Source: Bdellovibrionales bacterium (lineage in GTDB: Bacteria > Bdellovibrionota > Bdellovibrionia > Bdellovibrionales > UBA1609). From it: 64,000 nucleotides of DNA. The notes under the pieces were generated by a model. That model had not been told where the DNA came from and did not search any database. It saw only the letters and a list, made by a program, of their open reading frames with translations. The stretch is from NCBI GenBank assembly GCA_965199825.1, contig OZ241329.1, positions 160,001-224,000 on the forward strand, written 5' to 3'. Below, in pieces: positions 17,908 through 28,207 of this stretch. Every line of letters starts with the position of its first letter. The stretch's first letter is position 1. A program made the translations under genes and the position numbers.

Positions 17908-20829
17908 TTAAGTGGTTTGAGTTTTTATGTTTCGTTTTAGGACTTGGGCGACTTCGTCGATTTTTGCGGGCTTTGAGATATAGTCGTTCATCCCGCAAGA
18001 TAAACACTTTTCTTTATCACCCGCTAAGGCATTCGCGGTCATCGCAATGATAACGAGCGAGGGATTAAAGGAATCATTTTGGCGAATGATTCGGGTGGCC
18101 TCGTAGCCATCGAGCTCGGGCATGTGACAATCCATCAATACGACATCATAAGGCCATTTTTTAAGAGCGTGCACAGCCTCACGGCCATTGCCTACCGCAT
18201 CGGCGCGACAACCCAATTTTTCGAGCATCTTGACCGAGATGGTTTGATTAACCGCATTGTCTTCGGCAACAAGAACTCTCAGTCCGTTGCCTTCAAAAAT
18301 TGGTGCTCGAATTTCAAATTTTTGTTGAGGTGTGATGGCACTTTTTTCTAGATCAAGCTCAAACCAAAAAGTCGATCCTTTGGATTCAGTGCTCTCAACC
18401 CCAATTTTTCCGCTCATCAAGCCAACTAATTTTTTTGATATCGAAAGGCCAAGGCCTGTACCACCAAAGCGTCTTGAGGTTGAGGTGTCGGCCTGGCTAA
18501 AGGGCTGAAACATTCTTGCAGCAACTTGCTTTGAAAGCCCCGAGCCTGAATCAATTACCTCAAAGCGATAGGTGTTTTTTTGTTCAACCCGAATTTTGAT
18601 GGTGCCTCTATCGGTAAATTTCACTGCGTTCCCGATGAGATTGATGAGCACTTGCCGAATGCGACTGGGGTCACCTTTAACCAGATTGTTCTTGAGTTTT
18701 GAAAGATCGACCTCAAGCTTTAAACCTTTTTTGGCAATCGGATATTCAAAAGGTTTAATCAAATCGAGAAGCACTTGTTGCAAGTTAAAATCAATAATTT
18801 CAAGATCGAGTTTACCCGCCTCAACTTTTGAAAAATCCAAGATATCGTTAACCACTGAAAGTAAAGAATCGGCACTCAACCGAATATTTTCGGCATACTC
18901 GAGTTGCTCACTCGATAATTTTGTATCAAGCAAAAGGCTTGTCATCCCGAGCACACCATTGATCGGAGTGCGAATTTCGTGGCTCATGTTGGCCAAAAAT
19001 TCTGACTTTGAACGGGTGGCTGCGGCGGCGAGTTCTGAGGCGGCCTTCAGATCTTTTTCGGCTTTTGCCCGCTCGCTCACATCAATAATCACCGCAATCA
19101 TACCACTCACTTGGCCGCGCTCGTCATAAGTTGAGAGAACTCCCGAATGAACTTGTATGCGTGTGCCGTCTTTTTTAACACGCTCCACATCCACAAAAAT
19201 CGGTTTGCCACCCTCAAGAGCCGTTTCAACAATTTTTAACGACTCATGCCGTTTTTCGAGAGGAACAAATGGCATAAATTGTCCGATCGCTTCTTTTGCA
19301 GACCAGCCAAACATGCGCTCGCATGCAGGATTCCAGTGAGTCACAGTTAGGTTATTATCAGTGGCCAAAATCGGAGCGGGACTTGAATCAATCAAAGCCT
19401 GAAGTTTTCGAGTGGTTTCGCGTAAAATCACTTCGGATTGTTTACGCTCTGACATGTTGATCACTTGGGTCATCAAAAGGCGATTATGGCCTGATTGATC
19501 TTTGATCACACTACTTGTCAGCCAAACCGGAATGGGCTCACCTGATTTATGAATCAATGTGGTTTCAATATTTAATTCATGTCTTCGACCCGCAAAAAAA
19601 TCATTGCGTGCCTTTACAATATTCTGACGATCGTCAACCGGAGATAAATAACGAATGGGGACCTTTATTATTTCTTCACGCGTGTAGCCGAGCATCTCGC
19701 AAAAAGCCGAGTTGCATTCGTGCCAACTGTCATCTGATTTTAAGAGAAAAAATCCTATGGGTGAATAATCAAATGCTTTTTTAAACATTTGCTCGCTCTC
19801 GGTCGCAAGCCGTGCAGTTTCGTTTTGTGAACGAAGGTTTGAAAGCTCTTGTTCGGTTTTTTTAAATTCGGTAATATCACGAACAATTTTTGAGATCCCT
19901 ACCACACGCCCCAATTTATCAGATATCGGAGAAACAGAGATATTCACATGTAAAGGCTCACCCGTTTTTTTAACTCTTATGGTCTCAAGATTTTGGATGA
20001 TTTGGCCTTTTTTAATTTTGGCCAAGATGTTTGATTCTTCGTGATATCGATCATGCGGAAATATTCGCAAGATCGATTGTCCAATCATTTCATCAGCGCT
20101 GAAACCAAAAAGGTTTTTGGCGGCACTATTCCAACTTGTGACAGTTCCGTTTAGATCTTCGCTAATGATGGCATCAATCGAAGATTCAACCAGCGCCACC
20201 ATTTGGGCTGCCGTTTTCTCAGCCATTTTTTGATCATCAATATCGGTCAGAGTGCCAAACCACTTGATCCCATTTTTGCCATCAGGGGCTGGTATGGCAC
20301 GCACCAAAAACCAGCGATAGCTTCCGCTGTGATGACGCAGGCGATACTCCACATTGAATTCAACTTTGTTGAGCATCGAAGCTTCCCATGCGGCCTTGGC
20401 TTGAGCGACATCCTCAATATGAACAAGTTCATCCCAATTGTCTTTTTCGGGATCGTGCCCGGTATACTCTTTCCACTTTGAATTGGTAAATAGGGTGCGA
20501 AAATCAGCAGCGATTTCAAAAACAATTTGGGGAATCGATTCAGCAAGAATTCTAAAATTATTTTCGGTTTTCTCGACCACATATCCGATTAAACCGGATT
20601 CAGAAATTTTGAGCAGAATTGTTGATAAATCTTTTTTTAAAAATTTTTCGTAACGGGTTTCTTGGGAGTTAGAGATGAACCATGGGATGATGCCGGCCTC
20701 AAGCTCTGAGCGCGAATATCCAATTATTCGCAAAAACTCGTTGTTGGCTTCAATAAGAAACCCAAGGTCGTTTCGTTGAAAAACGCCTATAAGGTTGGAT
20801 TTAAAAATGCTGTCGTCTTGAATGCCCAT
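17908..20829 (-). CDS. Cytoplasmic multi-PAS hybrid histidine kinase with receiver domain
   Basis: About 5 PAS/PAC repeats; H-box FLANMSHEIRTP; NLIGNAVKFT; GGTGLGL; receiver LMDCHMPELDG. Confidence 0.93.
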   Translation of the reverse strand: MGIQDDSIFKSNLIGVFQRNDLGFLIEANNEFLRIIGYSRSELEAGIIPWFISNSQETRYEKFLKKDLSTILLKISESGLIGYVVEKTENNFRILAESIPQIVFEIAADFRTLFTNSKWKEYTGHDPEKDNWDELVHIEDVAQAKAAWEASMLNKVEFNVEYRLRHHSGSYRWFLVRAIPAPDGKNGIKWFGTLTDIDDQKMAEKTAAQMVALVESSIDAIISEDLNGTVTSWNSAAKNLFGFSADEMIGQSILRIFPHDRYHEESNILAKIKKGQIIQNLETIRVKKTGEPLHVNISVSPISDKLGRVVGISKIVRDITEFKKTEQELSNLRSQNETARLATESEQMFKKAFDYSPIGFFLLKSDDSWHECNSAFCEMLGYTREEIIKVPIRYLSPVDDRQNIVKARNDFFAGRRHELNIETTLIHKSGEPIPVWLTSSVIKDQSGHNRLLMTQVINMSERKQSEVILRETTRKLQALIDSSPAPILATDNNLTVTHWNPACERMFGWSAKEAIGQFMPFVPLEKRHESLKIVETALEGGKPIFVDVERVKKDGTRIQVHSGVLSTYDERGQVSGMIAVIIDVSERAKAEKDLKAASELAAAATRSKSEFLANMSHEIRTPINGVLGMTSLLLDTKLSSEQLEYAENIRLSADSLLSVVNDILDFSKVEAGKLDLEIIDFNLQQVLLDLIKPFEYPIAKKGLKLEVDLSKLKNNLVKGDPSRIRQVLINLIGNAVKFTDRGTIKIRVEQKNTYRFEVIDSGSGLSKQVAARMFQPFSQADTSTSRRFGGTGLGLSISKKLVGLMSGKIGVESTESKGSTFWFELDLEKSAITPQQKFEIRAPIFEGNGLRVLVAEDNAVNQTISVKMLEKLGCRADAVGNGREAVHALKKWPYDVVLMDCHMPELDGYEATRIIRQNDSFNPSLVIIAMTANALAGDKEKCLSCGMNDYISKPAKIDEVAQVLKRNIKTQTT

Positions 20830-20962
20830 GCTTATATTTCGGTTAAAGATAAGAGGGTCTACAACAAGTGAGGATCTTTTGACACAGATTGAGCTCACGT
20901 TTCGAATTGAGAACATCCCAGTGTCTTGAGATCGTCTCTGGAAGATCTCAACTTAATTCAAT

Positions 20963-21892
20963 TTATTTACCCGAAATAAACTGTAATGTGCCCTCTAAAT
21001 CCTTTGCTACTTCAGCAAAAGTCATCGGGACTCCATAAGAGGATTCACAGCGTATTTTGAATTGAAATCCATAATTCAAATTTTTGGCATCTGTAAAACT
21101 CAAAATTGTAAATACCTTGTGAGATAAAAATGCGCGAGAACCAGAATGCATATAGAGGTGCATTTTTTGGGACCGCTTTAAGTCTTCGGGTACCGATCCC
21201 AAAATTTCGCAGCGATGATCGCCTTTTTCACGAAGGTTCAAAACAATGAGGTGATTGATATCAAGGATAAGCGCTTGAGGGCGCAAAACATTTTCGTTTC
21301 TTGCGTTTTCTTGAGCGATTGATCCGTAATAAGCAGGAGCAAAAACGTCCAGTTGATTTAGCTCAACTGTTTCTTCAGATTGAATTTGGTCTTTAAAATC
21401 TTTTGAAAAATCGCTTGCTACAACCACATCGGAATAAAAACTGATCGCGTCGTTGAGGTCTTTTGTAACCTCCGAAAAAGTCTTTGAAGTGCCTCGATCG
21501 TATTCACAAATAAGTTCAACGCTCTCATCTAAATTTGTAAGCGATCCAAATCTGAAAAACGAAATCGTGTGATGCGCATCCGTCATCAACTGCTGCTTGA
21601 CCAAGGTGAGCCGCTGTTTGTTTGCAATGTTCTTCCCTACCGAGGGTGTGCAATGTTCAGAAACAGATAGAGCGTTTAAGTTTTTTATGACTAAGACCGG
21701 CTTAATTTCTTTCAAATTTTGCTCGAGCTGAAGAGCTTCTTTTTTATCCTCAAGATTAAAATTGATCGAATTTAAGATCCTAGTTGCGGACGTCGAAGTG
21801 CGAGGGTCTTTGATGTTTTGAACATCTTTAAAAGAAGAGGGGCTGCAAGCCGCCAATACAAAAAGGGCTATGACGAGACGAAAAGGTTTCAT
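20963..21892 (-). CDS. Lipoprotein with two tandem copies of the domain found once in 8477..9061
   Basis: Lipobox LAAC; internal repeat ICEYDRG..KTFSEVTKDL..ISFYS / RCESSYG..MTFAEVAKDL..LQFISG. Confidence 0.75.
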   Translation of the reverse strand: MKPFRLVIALFVLAACSPSSFKDVQNIKDPRTSTSATRILNSINFNLEDKKEALQLEQNLKEIKPVLVIKNLNALSVSEHCTPSVGKNIANKQRLTLVKQQLMTDAHHTISFFRFGSLTNLDESVELICEYDRGTSKTFSEVTKDLNDAISFYSDVVVASDFSKDFKDQIQSEETVELNQLDVFAPAYYGSIAQENARNENVLRPQALILDINHLIVLNLREKGDHRCEILGSVPEDLKRSQKMHLYMHSGSRAFLSHKVFTILSFTDAKNLNYGFQFKIRCESSYGVPMTFAEVAKDLEGTLQFISGK

Positions 21893-21943
21893 AAGACATC
21901 CCTCAAAAAAATCGATTGCGTTACTTGACCGTACTGGAGACTT

Positions 21944-21959
21944 AGCAAGGCCGAGGCCG
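21944..21959 (-). promoter_or_regulatory. sigma54-like -24/-12 element
   Basis: CGGCCTCGGCCTTGCT, about 50 nt upstream of the ATG at 21892. Confidence 0.55.
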
Positions 21960-22063
21960 GATCAGTTGCGATTGAGCGGCTGGAGTGTTGTTTTATTTAT
22001 AATTTATAACAGATCCTAAACACTATAAATTGAGCCCAATTGAATTTCCGGCTAGACAGACCC

Positions 22064-22651
22064 ATGCATAAAGGTCGGCTCGAAGCTTTTAGTGATGGCG
22101 TGTTCGCAATATTAATCACAATTATGGTGCTCGAACTCAAAGCCCCCCATGGCGATGGCTTTACGGCTCTCTTGACCATCTTTCCCAATTTTGCGGTCTA
22201 TGCTTTAAGTTTTATTTATCTTGGGATTTATTGGAATAATCATCATCACCTCATGCAAGCCGCAGCCAAGGTCAATGGCACTGTCTTATGGGCAAACCTT
22301 CATCTTTTGTTTTGGCTCTCGCTTTTGCCATTTGCAACTTCATGGATTAATGAAGCTCATTTTGCTCCGCTCCCTGTTGCCCTCTACGGCGCAGTTCTCT
22401 TAGCCTGCAGTGGTGCTTATTTTGTGCTCGCGCGCTCGCTTATCCGCATGCAAAGCAAAACTTTAGAGAGTGCGATCAAAGATGGTCGTAAAGAAAAAAT
22501 CTCAAGCGGTGCCTATGCGGTTGCGATGCTGACCGCATTTTTTAAAATTGAAGTTTCGATTGCGATCTATATTGGTGTGGCAACAATGTGGTTGGTTCCC
22601 GATCGACGCATCGAAAAAAAAATTATCAATACTATAAAGGAGGATTTATGA
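22064..22651 (+). CDS. TMEM175-family (DUF1211) potassium channel
   Basis: RLEAFSDGVFAILITIMVLEL, YWNNHHH, LSLLPF. Confidence 0.92.
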   Translation: MHKGRLEAFSDGVFAILITIMVLELKAPHGDGFTALLTIFPNFAVYALSFIYLGIYWNNHHHLMQAAAKVNGTVLWANLHLLFWLSLLPFATSWINEAHFAPLPVALYGAVLLACSGAYFVLARSLIRMQSKTLESAIKDGRKEKISSGAYAVAMLTAFFKIEVSIAIYIGVATMWLVPDRRIEKKIINTIKEDL

Positions 22652-23168
22652 AAAAACTGATTTTCTTGATGATCTTAACAGCTCAGGCCCAAGCCGAGGT
22701 CTGCCAACAATTTAGATCCAAAGGTCGCTTTGAAAACCTCGCCGATCACAATCATGACAAGTCGAAATTTTAAACAACAACGAATGTGCAAGCCTTACTC
22801 TTATTGATATTGATGATATCGCTTGGTCGATTGATTTGACTGGAGCACCAACACCACTGCCAGAAAAATTTTTGAAAAACGAAGGCGTTCATATGAGCGA
22901 TGCCTTTTACACCGCCAAGCTCAATCAAAACGATCAAATCGAATTGAGCTTTGAAGGCAACACCGAACTTTCAGGCCCTGCAGGAATCAAAATCAACGCA
23001 AGAATTTCTTATAGCTCACTTGCCACCGCACTTCCTTCTTACGATCAAACCCCACAAGCCATTCAGCTCAACACCCAATCACTCAAATTGATTTCGGTGA
23101 GGGGATCATTATCGAGCAAAGCGAAGAATCCGGATTTATTAAGGGCGCAAATTTTATGTTGGATATGA
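22648..23168 (+). pseudogene. Exported hypothetical protein split by a probable 1-nt frameshift near 22757
   Basis: AGGAGG-ATG and a signal peptide (MKKLIFLMILTAQAQA) stop at 22773; a second frame is open from about 22758 (QVEILNNNECASL) to 23168. Confidence 0.6.
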
Positions 23169-23209
23169 TTAAAAATATGTTGGATTTGGAATTAAAACCG
23201 CTCTGAAGA

Positions 23210-23238
23210 AAACGCCCGATGGAACATCGGGCGCTTTT
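23210..23238. terminator. Bidirectional intrinsic terminator
   Basis: AAA-CGCCCGATG-GAA-CATCGGGCG-CTTTT between convergent genes. Confidence 0.75.
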
Positions 23239-23247
23239 AAAATGCAA

Positions 23248-24768
23248 TTATTGAGGAGTTGGTAAAAATGGTGCGGCTTGAAGGCCTGCACTTGCACGGT
23301 CAGCAAATGTTTTGTTGTTTGCGCCGTTAGTTAACATGTCAGCATTATCCATTGGTGGGCCAACAATGATGTTGTCATGAAAATTCATGGTGCCACCGGG
23401 GCCATCCATAAAACGAGCATTGCCATCATTGATCACGATATTGTTTTTGAATTCATATGTGTTCACGCGGCCATCATTTGCGATTCCTTCTTCACCGTAA
23501 CCAAACGATCCACGTTGTGAAGCCGAACCTTTAACAAATACAGAATTTTTAACTACGACATTGCCACCATTAGGAATATCGATGGAGTACGATCCGTCAT
23601 CTGTATTTTCAAACTGTGTGTTGGTGATAAAAGTATTTTTAGCACGTGATTTTACCAAATGCGCTGGAGTGACGTGTCCAAAATAGCTGTTCGAAATATT
23701 CAGAGTGTCTGTGTAAGCCGAGATGTAGATGTTGTGCACGTTTGCATATCCACCTGAATTCACACCGTCATGATCAAATTTTGAATTGGTGATGTTCACA
23801 GTTTTTGCACCACCCAAAATTCCGTCGTTACAGTTTGTGAATGTCACGCCATCAAAGCTTGCAACTGGCATTGTGTCGTTTAAACGAACACATGATGCGT
23901 TTCCACCATCGGGACCATTGAGAACTGCGCCATCAATCGCACAACCTGTCATTGCAAAACTTTTTGCTTGGCCTTCAACGTCGAAAATCCCTTTGCCCCA
24001 AGCCACACGTTTGCCAAGACCAGCTGACCAAGAGAGTTTCACTCCAGCATCACATTTGACCACATAATCAAATGCGCCAACTAGTGCTACAGAATCATTG
24101 TCGCGAGATTTTGTGATGTGCATCACATCGCCTTGTTTATAAGCCGCTGCTGCATCACCCAAAGAAGTGTACTCGGTTGAACCCAAAAAGATTCCGCCCG
24201 TTCCTGCTGCGGGAGCTTGGGTCGGAGTGGGTGCAGGGGTTGTTGCTACGGGAGTTGAAGCTGCAGGTTGAGGAGTTTGTGTTGCAGGCGCTTGCGTGCT
24301 GATTGTTTGCACAGTTGTTTTTAGGTCTGCAATTTGACTTTTAAGATCAGCAATTGCTGCAGAGATTGCGGTTGCTTCAGTGGACTGAATTGTACTTTTA
24401 AGATCACTGATTTGCGATTTGAGATCAGAGATTGCTGTAGTGACCGCACTTTGATCTTGTGAAGGTTGAATCGCAGTAATTTGAGTTTTTAGATCACTAA
24501 ATTGAGCTTTGATTTCGTTGACTGCTGTAGAAATCGCGGCTTGGTCTTGCGAAGGTTGAATGTTTGCAATTTGAGTTTTTAAATCTGCAAGTGCCGATGT
24601 CACCGCGGTCAATTGAGCGTTTAAAGTCGCAGATGTTAAAATTTGTGCTTTAAGATCATTCACTGCTGCGGTGATTGCATCCACAGATGGGTTTGAGTCT
24701 GTCATAACGGTTTGTGCTTGAGTGGCCCAAGCGCTAAAAATTAAAAGCCCGATGATAATACGTTTCAT
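23248..24768 (-). CDS. Exported protein: coiled-coil stalk, Pro/Thr linker, right-handed beta-helix (pectate-lyase-like) domain
   Basis: Repeats DLKxQI and QPSQDQ; linker TPAPTPTQAP; NDGIL, HNIYI, HLVKSRA, YSIDIPNGG. Confidence 0.8.
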   Translation of the reverse strand: MKRIIIGLLIFSAWATQAQTVMTDSNPSVDAITAAVNDLKAQILTSATLNAQLTAVTSALADLKTQIANIQPSQDQAAISTAVNEIKAQFSDLKTQITAIQPSQDQSAVTTAISDLKSQISDLKSTIQSTEATAISAAIADLKSQIADLKTTVQTISTQAPATQTPQPAASTPVATTPAPTPTQAPAAGTGGIFLGSTEYTSLGDAAAAYKQGDVMHITKSRDNDSVALVGAFDYVVKCDAGVKLSWSAGLGKRVAWGKGIFDVEGQAKSFAMTGCAIDGAVLNGPDGGNASCVRLNDTMPVASFDGVTFTNCNDGILGGAKTVNITNSKFDHDGVNSGGYANVHNIYISAYTDTLNISNSYFGHVTPAHLVKSRAKNTFITNTQFENTDDGSYSIDIPNGGNVVVKNSVFVKGSASQRGSFGYGEEGIANDGRVNTYEFKNNIVINDGNARFMDGPGGTMNFHDNIIVGPPMDNADMLTNGANNKTFADRASAGLQAAPFLPTPQ

Positions 24769-25086
24769 AAATCAAAATCCTCCATTGGATTTTTTGATGT
24801 TGTTGATACTTAAGGCGTCATCACATCTACCAAAAAAATTACAATGATGGTGCTAAAAAATGATCACTTAATCAAATCCTAACCTTCGCTCACCGCGACA
24901 AAAGGTCTAAAGGGCTTACCCACCCGATGATCTAAATGAACTGCATAAATTCAAAAATTAAGTCGGCCTGTGTCAAATTCTGGGTGAACGAAGGTACCAA
25001 AAGCTAGCCCCTCTGATTGTTTGGTCCTTCGAAAGGACAAATGCATGAAGCGCATTGCTCACCCAAACAATTAAAGTAGCCATTTT

Positions 25087-26130
25087 TTAAAGTTTTTGAA
25101 TGTCGATCACAAAACGGTATTTCACATCACTCTTGATCACCCGCTCATACGCCTTATTGATCTCTTTGGGGGTGATCAACTCGATATCCGGAGTGATATG
25201 GTGTTGAGCACAAAAGTCGAGCATCTCTTGAGTCTCCTTGATCGATCCAATCAAAGATCCAGCGTAGGTGCGACGCATGGCAACCAATGGAAATGGATGA
25301 ATCGATAATGGAGATTCGGGAAGACCTACCACAACCAGTGCTCCATCTAATTTCAAAAGATTAAAATAGTTTTGCATATCGATGTCGGCCGAAATCGTAT
25401 TAATGATCAGGTCGAATTGGCCTTGGTTTTCGTCAAAAACTGTTTCGTTATGAGTGCACAAAAAATGATGGGCACCCATGCGCTTTGCATCTTCGCGTTT
25501 TTTTTCTGAATGACTGATCACTGTGACATCGGCGCCGAGTGCGCGAGCGATTTTAACACCGACGTGTCCTAAGCCGCCAAGACCCATGATGCCCACTTTT
25601 TTGTTTGGTCCAGCCTGCCAATGTTTAAGGGGCGAATACAGTGTGATGCCCGCACACAAAAGAGGTGCGGCTTTTTCGAGTGAGATGGAGTCGGGAATTT
25701 TTAAGACATAGTTTTCATCAACCACAATCACATCGGAGTATCCGCCTTGAGTGGGCGTGACGCCGTCTTTTTCTAAACCGTTATAGGTCGAATTCATTCC
25801 CTTTAAGCAATATTGTTCGAGATCTTGTTTGCAGTGGGAGCACTCTCGACAGGAATCAACGAAACAGCCCACCCCCACCCGATCACCAACTTTGTAGCGC
25901 GAGACCTTTGCTCCAACTTGTGCGACGAGGCCCGCAATTTCGTGCCCCGGCACAACCGGAAAATTGGCTTCGCCCCATTCGCTTCGTACGGTGTGGATAT
26001 CAGAATGGCAGATCCCACAAAACTGAATGTCGATGAGCACATCGTTGTCTTTAAGGTCTCGACGCTCAAACGAAAATGGTTTGAGTGGTTCCTCTGCAGA
26101 AAATGCTGCAATTCCTTTTGCCTGAATCAT
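25087..26130 (-). CDS. Zn-dependent NAD(P)H alcohol/aldehyde dehydrogenase (cinnamyl alcohol dehydrogenase/YahK-like)
   Basis: [44 protein letters not shown]. Confidence 0.93.
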   Translation of the reverse strand: MIQAKGIAAFSAEEPLKPFSFERRDLKDNDVLIDIQFCGICHSDIHTVRSEWGEANFPVVPGHEIAGLVAQVGAKVSRYKVGDRVGVGCFVDSCRECSHCKQDLEQYCLKGMNSTYNGLEKDGVTPTQGGYSDVIVVDENYVLKIPDSISLEKAAPLLCAGITLYSPLKHWQAGPNKKVGIMGLGGLGHVGVKIARALGADVTVISHSEKKREDAKRMGAHHFLCTHNETVFDENQGQFDLIINTISADIDMQNYFNLLKLDGALVVVGLPESPLSIHPFPLVAMRRTYAGSLIGSIKETQEMLDFCAQHHITPDIELITPKEINKAYERVIKSDVKYRFVIDIQKL

Positions 26131-26203
26131 TGATGCTCCCTTGGTGTTGCCTCAAGGCTTACTTCAGGGAGTTAAAAAAAGAACGGTTATATTTTTTTAA
26201 GAT

Positions 26204-27034
26204 TTAATAAAGATGACGAAGCAGACCTTCACAGGTCCAGCGTTTGCTCAAATCCAGAGGCTCGAGATAATGAACAATGGGATCCATCAACAGTTGTGTC
26301 GATTTTGGTGCGATATATTCGCGTTCAATATTTTCGGTCAGAACAAAAAACTGTTCGCCCTCGCCAATCTTAACCACATGGCGATTTTGATCTTTTAAAA
26401 GTTTGGGAAATAATTTTTTTTCATCCTCAGTGAGCTCACGAGGTTCGTGAGCAAAGGAGCGATTGGTGACAAAACCTTCATGATAAAGACTCACGAGAAG
26501 CAATTGGAAAAATGAAGACTGCTTTGGGTCTTCTGCCAGTTCAATATCAAAAGAGGGGTTGCGACGATTTATTAAACTTTTAATTAACGGTTTAAAATAG
26601 ATTTGCATGTCGGGGGCGGTTAAAAAATTGGTGAGGAAAACTTGTGAAAATCGATTCACACCATAAACCTCAATTTTATAAAATTCGGGATAGTTGGCCC
26701 GCAACTGCCGGATCAACTCGGCATCAAGCCAGAGGGATCGATCGGCAACACTTGAATTGTAATCGGCGATAGTTTTGAATTTTCGCGTGCGGGTTTCTGA
26801 TGGATAATTGGCTTCGCCACTAAATTGTACAAAAACGGTGCTGTCGCCTTCAATCCGGACATGATCGAAATAAAAAAGATGTGCAGATTGATCTTCGAAT
26901 AAATCGTGCAGATCAGGCTCAAAAAAGAATTCTTCAAGGGTGATAAATTTATTTCGATAAAGACTTAGCTCAACAGTTTGCTGAATCTCTTTGGCATTAA
27001 CGAGTGATAATAGAAGAGTGAATAAAAAAATCAT
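26204..27034 (-). CDS. Exported protein, unrecognised local paralogue family (member 1 of 4)
   Basis: Short signal peptide; YNSSVADRSL, NRFS, EDP, EGFVTNRSF; C-terminus CEGLL. Confidence 0.8.
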   Translation of the reverse strand: MIFLFTLLLSLVNAKEIQQTVELSLYRNKFITLEEFFFEPDLHDLFEDQSAHLFYFDHVRIEGDSTVFVQFSGEANYPSETRTRKFKTIADYNSSVADRSLWLDAELIRQLRANYPEFYKIEVYGVNRFSQVFLTNFLTAPDMQIYFKPLIKSLINRRNPSFDIELAEDPKQSSFFQLLLVSLYHEGFVTNRSFAHEPRELTEDEKKLFPKLLKDQNRHVVKIGEGEQFFVLTENIEREYIAPKSTQLLMDPIVHYLEPLDLSKRWTCEGLLRHLY

Positions 27035-27207
27035 GACCTCCGCTTATACCAAAATTATTTAAGGTTTAAAACGGAGGTGAAGATGATTGTATTTAATGCT
27101 TTTGGATGCTCGGAGCGGGTTTCTCGGAAGAAGGAGCTTTTTTGTCTACGGGTTGAACGTCCATTGCTAAAATCGAGTTCTAAATGATTGCGTACTGATT
27201 GCAGGTC

Positions 27208-28041
27208 CTATTGGACCGCTCGAACGAGCAATTGAAAACATGTTAAGCTTTGGTTGGGATGGTCCATAGGTTTAAAAAAATAGGGCTTCGGTGCGCTTAA
27301 CACCACAGGCCCGGTGGGAGTGATAAATATTTTTTGTTTTATTTGAGTAATAATATAAAACAATCCCGAATCACCAATTCGAGCGACAAAAACCTCATTC
27401 CCATCGGGGATTTTACCAAGCTTCGCTTTTTCTCTCTCGGTCATTGGGCGAGGAAGTGAGGCAACAGTCGAATCAGTGATAAATCCTAAATTAAAAAGTT
27501 GTAATCGCAAAAGTTGAAAGGGCGTGGCCACCGTTGGATCTTCGGGCAACAATATATCAAAAACTGGTTTTTTGGTTTGTAATCCCAGGCTTTGATATTT
27601 TTCCTTTATCAGATCGTCTTGTGAGCTCATCGTAGGGTTAAGCAAGCGCAACCTTGTAAATCGATTTGTTGCTTCTAAACTTAAGAGTTCAAGATCAGGA
27701 TAATTCGCACGAATGCGATTGAGAAAAGGGATACTGAGCTTTAATGAGTCGTCCGACACATTTAAATTGTAATCGTCAACAGCGTTGAATGAAAAACTCG
27801 AAGTGAACCGACCCGGCCTTAAAGGCTTTGCTAAATTCACGTAGACAGAATCTGAGGAATCGATTTCGATACTTGCAATTTGGAGTTCAAAATCATCGCG
27901 ATGTTGGCCATCCAAAAAATTTTCATTAAAAAAATTTTGGACCTTATTAAATTTTTGATTTTTAACCTTTATCCAAATACGCGCAGCTTGTGGGGATTGA
28001 GCTAAAGCAAAGTGGGCAGCCAATAAAAGTGAAAAGATCAA
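27208..28041 (-). CDS. Exported protein, paralogue family member 2
   Basis: YNLNVSDDSL, NRFT, PEDP, LGFITDST; C-terminus CFQLL. Confidence 0.8.
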   Translation of the reverse strand: MIFSLLLAAHFALAQSPQAARIWIKVKNQKFNKVQNFFNENFLDGQHRDDFELQIASIEIDSSDSVYVNLAKPLRPGRFTSSFSFNAVDDYNLNVSDDSLKLSIPFLNRIRANYPDLELLSLEATNRFTRLRLLNPTMSSQDDLIKEKYQSLGLQTKKPVFDILLPEDPTVATPFQLLRLQLFNLGFITDSTVASLPRPMTEREKAKLGKIPDGNEVFVARIGDSGLFYIITQIKQKIFITPTGPVVLSAPKPYFFKPMDHPNQSLTCFQLLVRAVQ

Positions 28042-28207
28042 TGTGCGGCTCTTGTTAGGAAAATAAAAATCAATTGGATAATTTTTGGCAAAATTTGGTT
28101 CCTCCCCTTTAGTCTTTTAGAGATCCTATGGAATACACCAAGATTGTTGATATGCACATCAGGGAATGGCTTGTTTGTTAGACTCGTTCACCAGAATTGG
28201 GTGACTC

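Noticed and set aside
25011..25071. Hammerhead ribozyme or c-di-GMP riboswitch
   Set aside because: Three-way-junction shape, but the CUGANGA/GAAA core and GEMM consensus are not present
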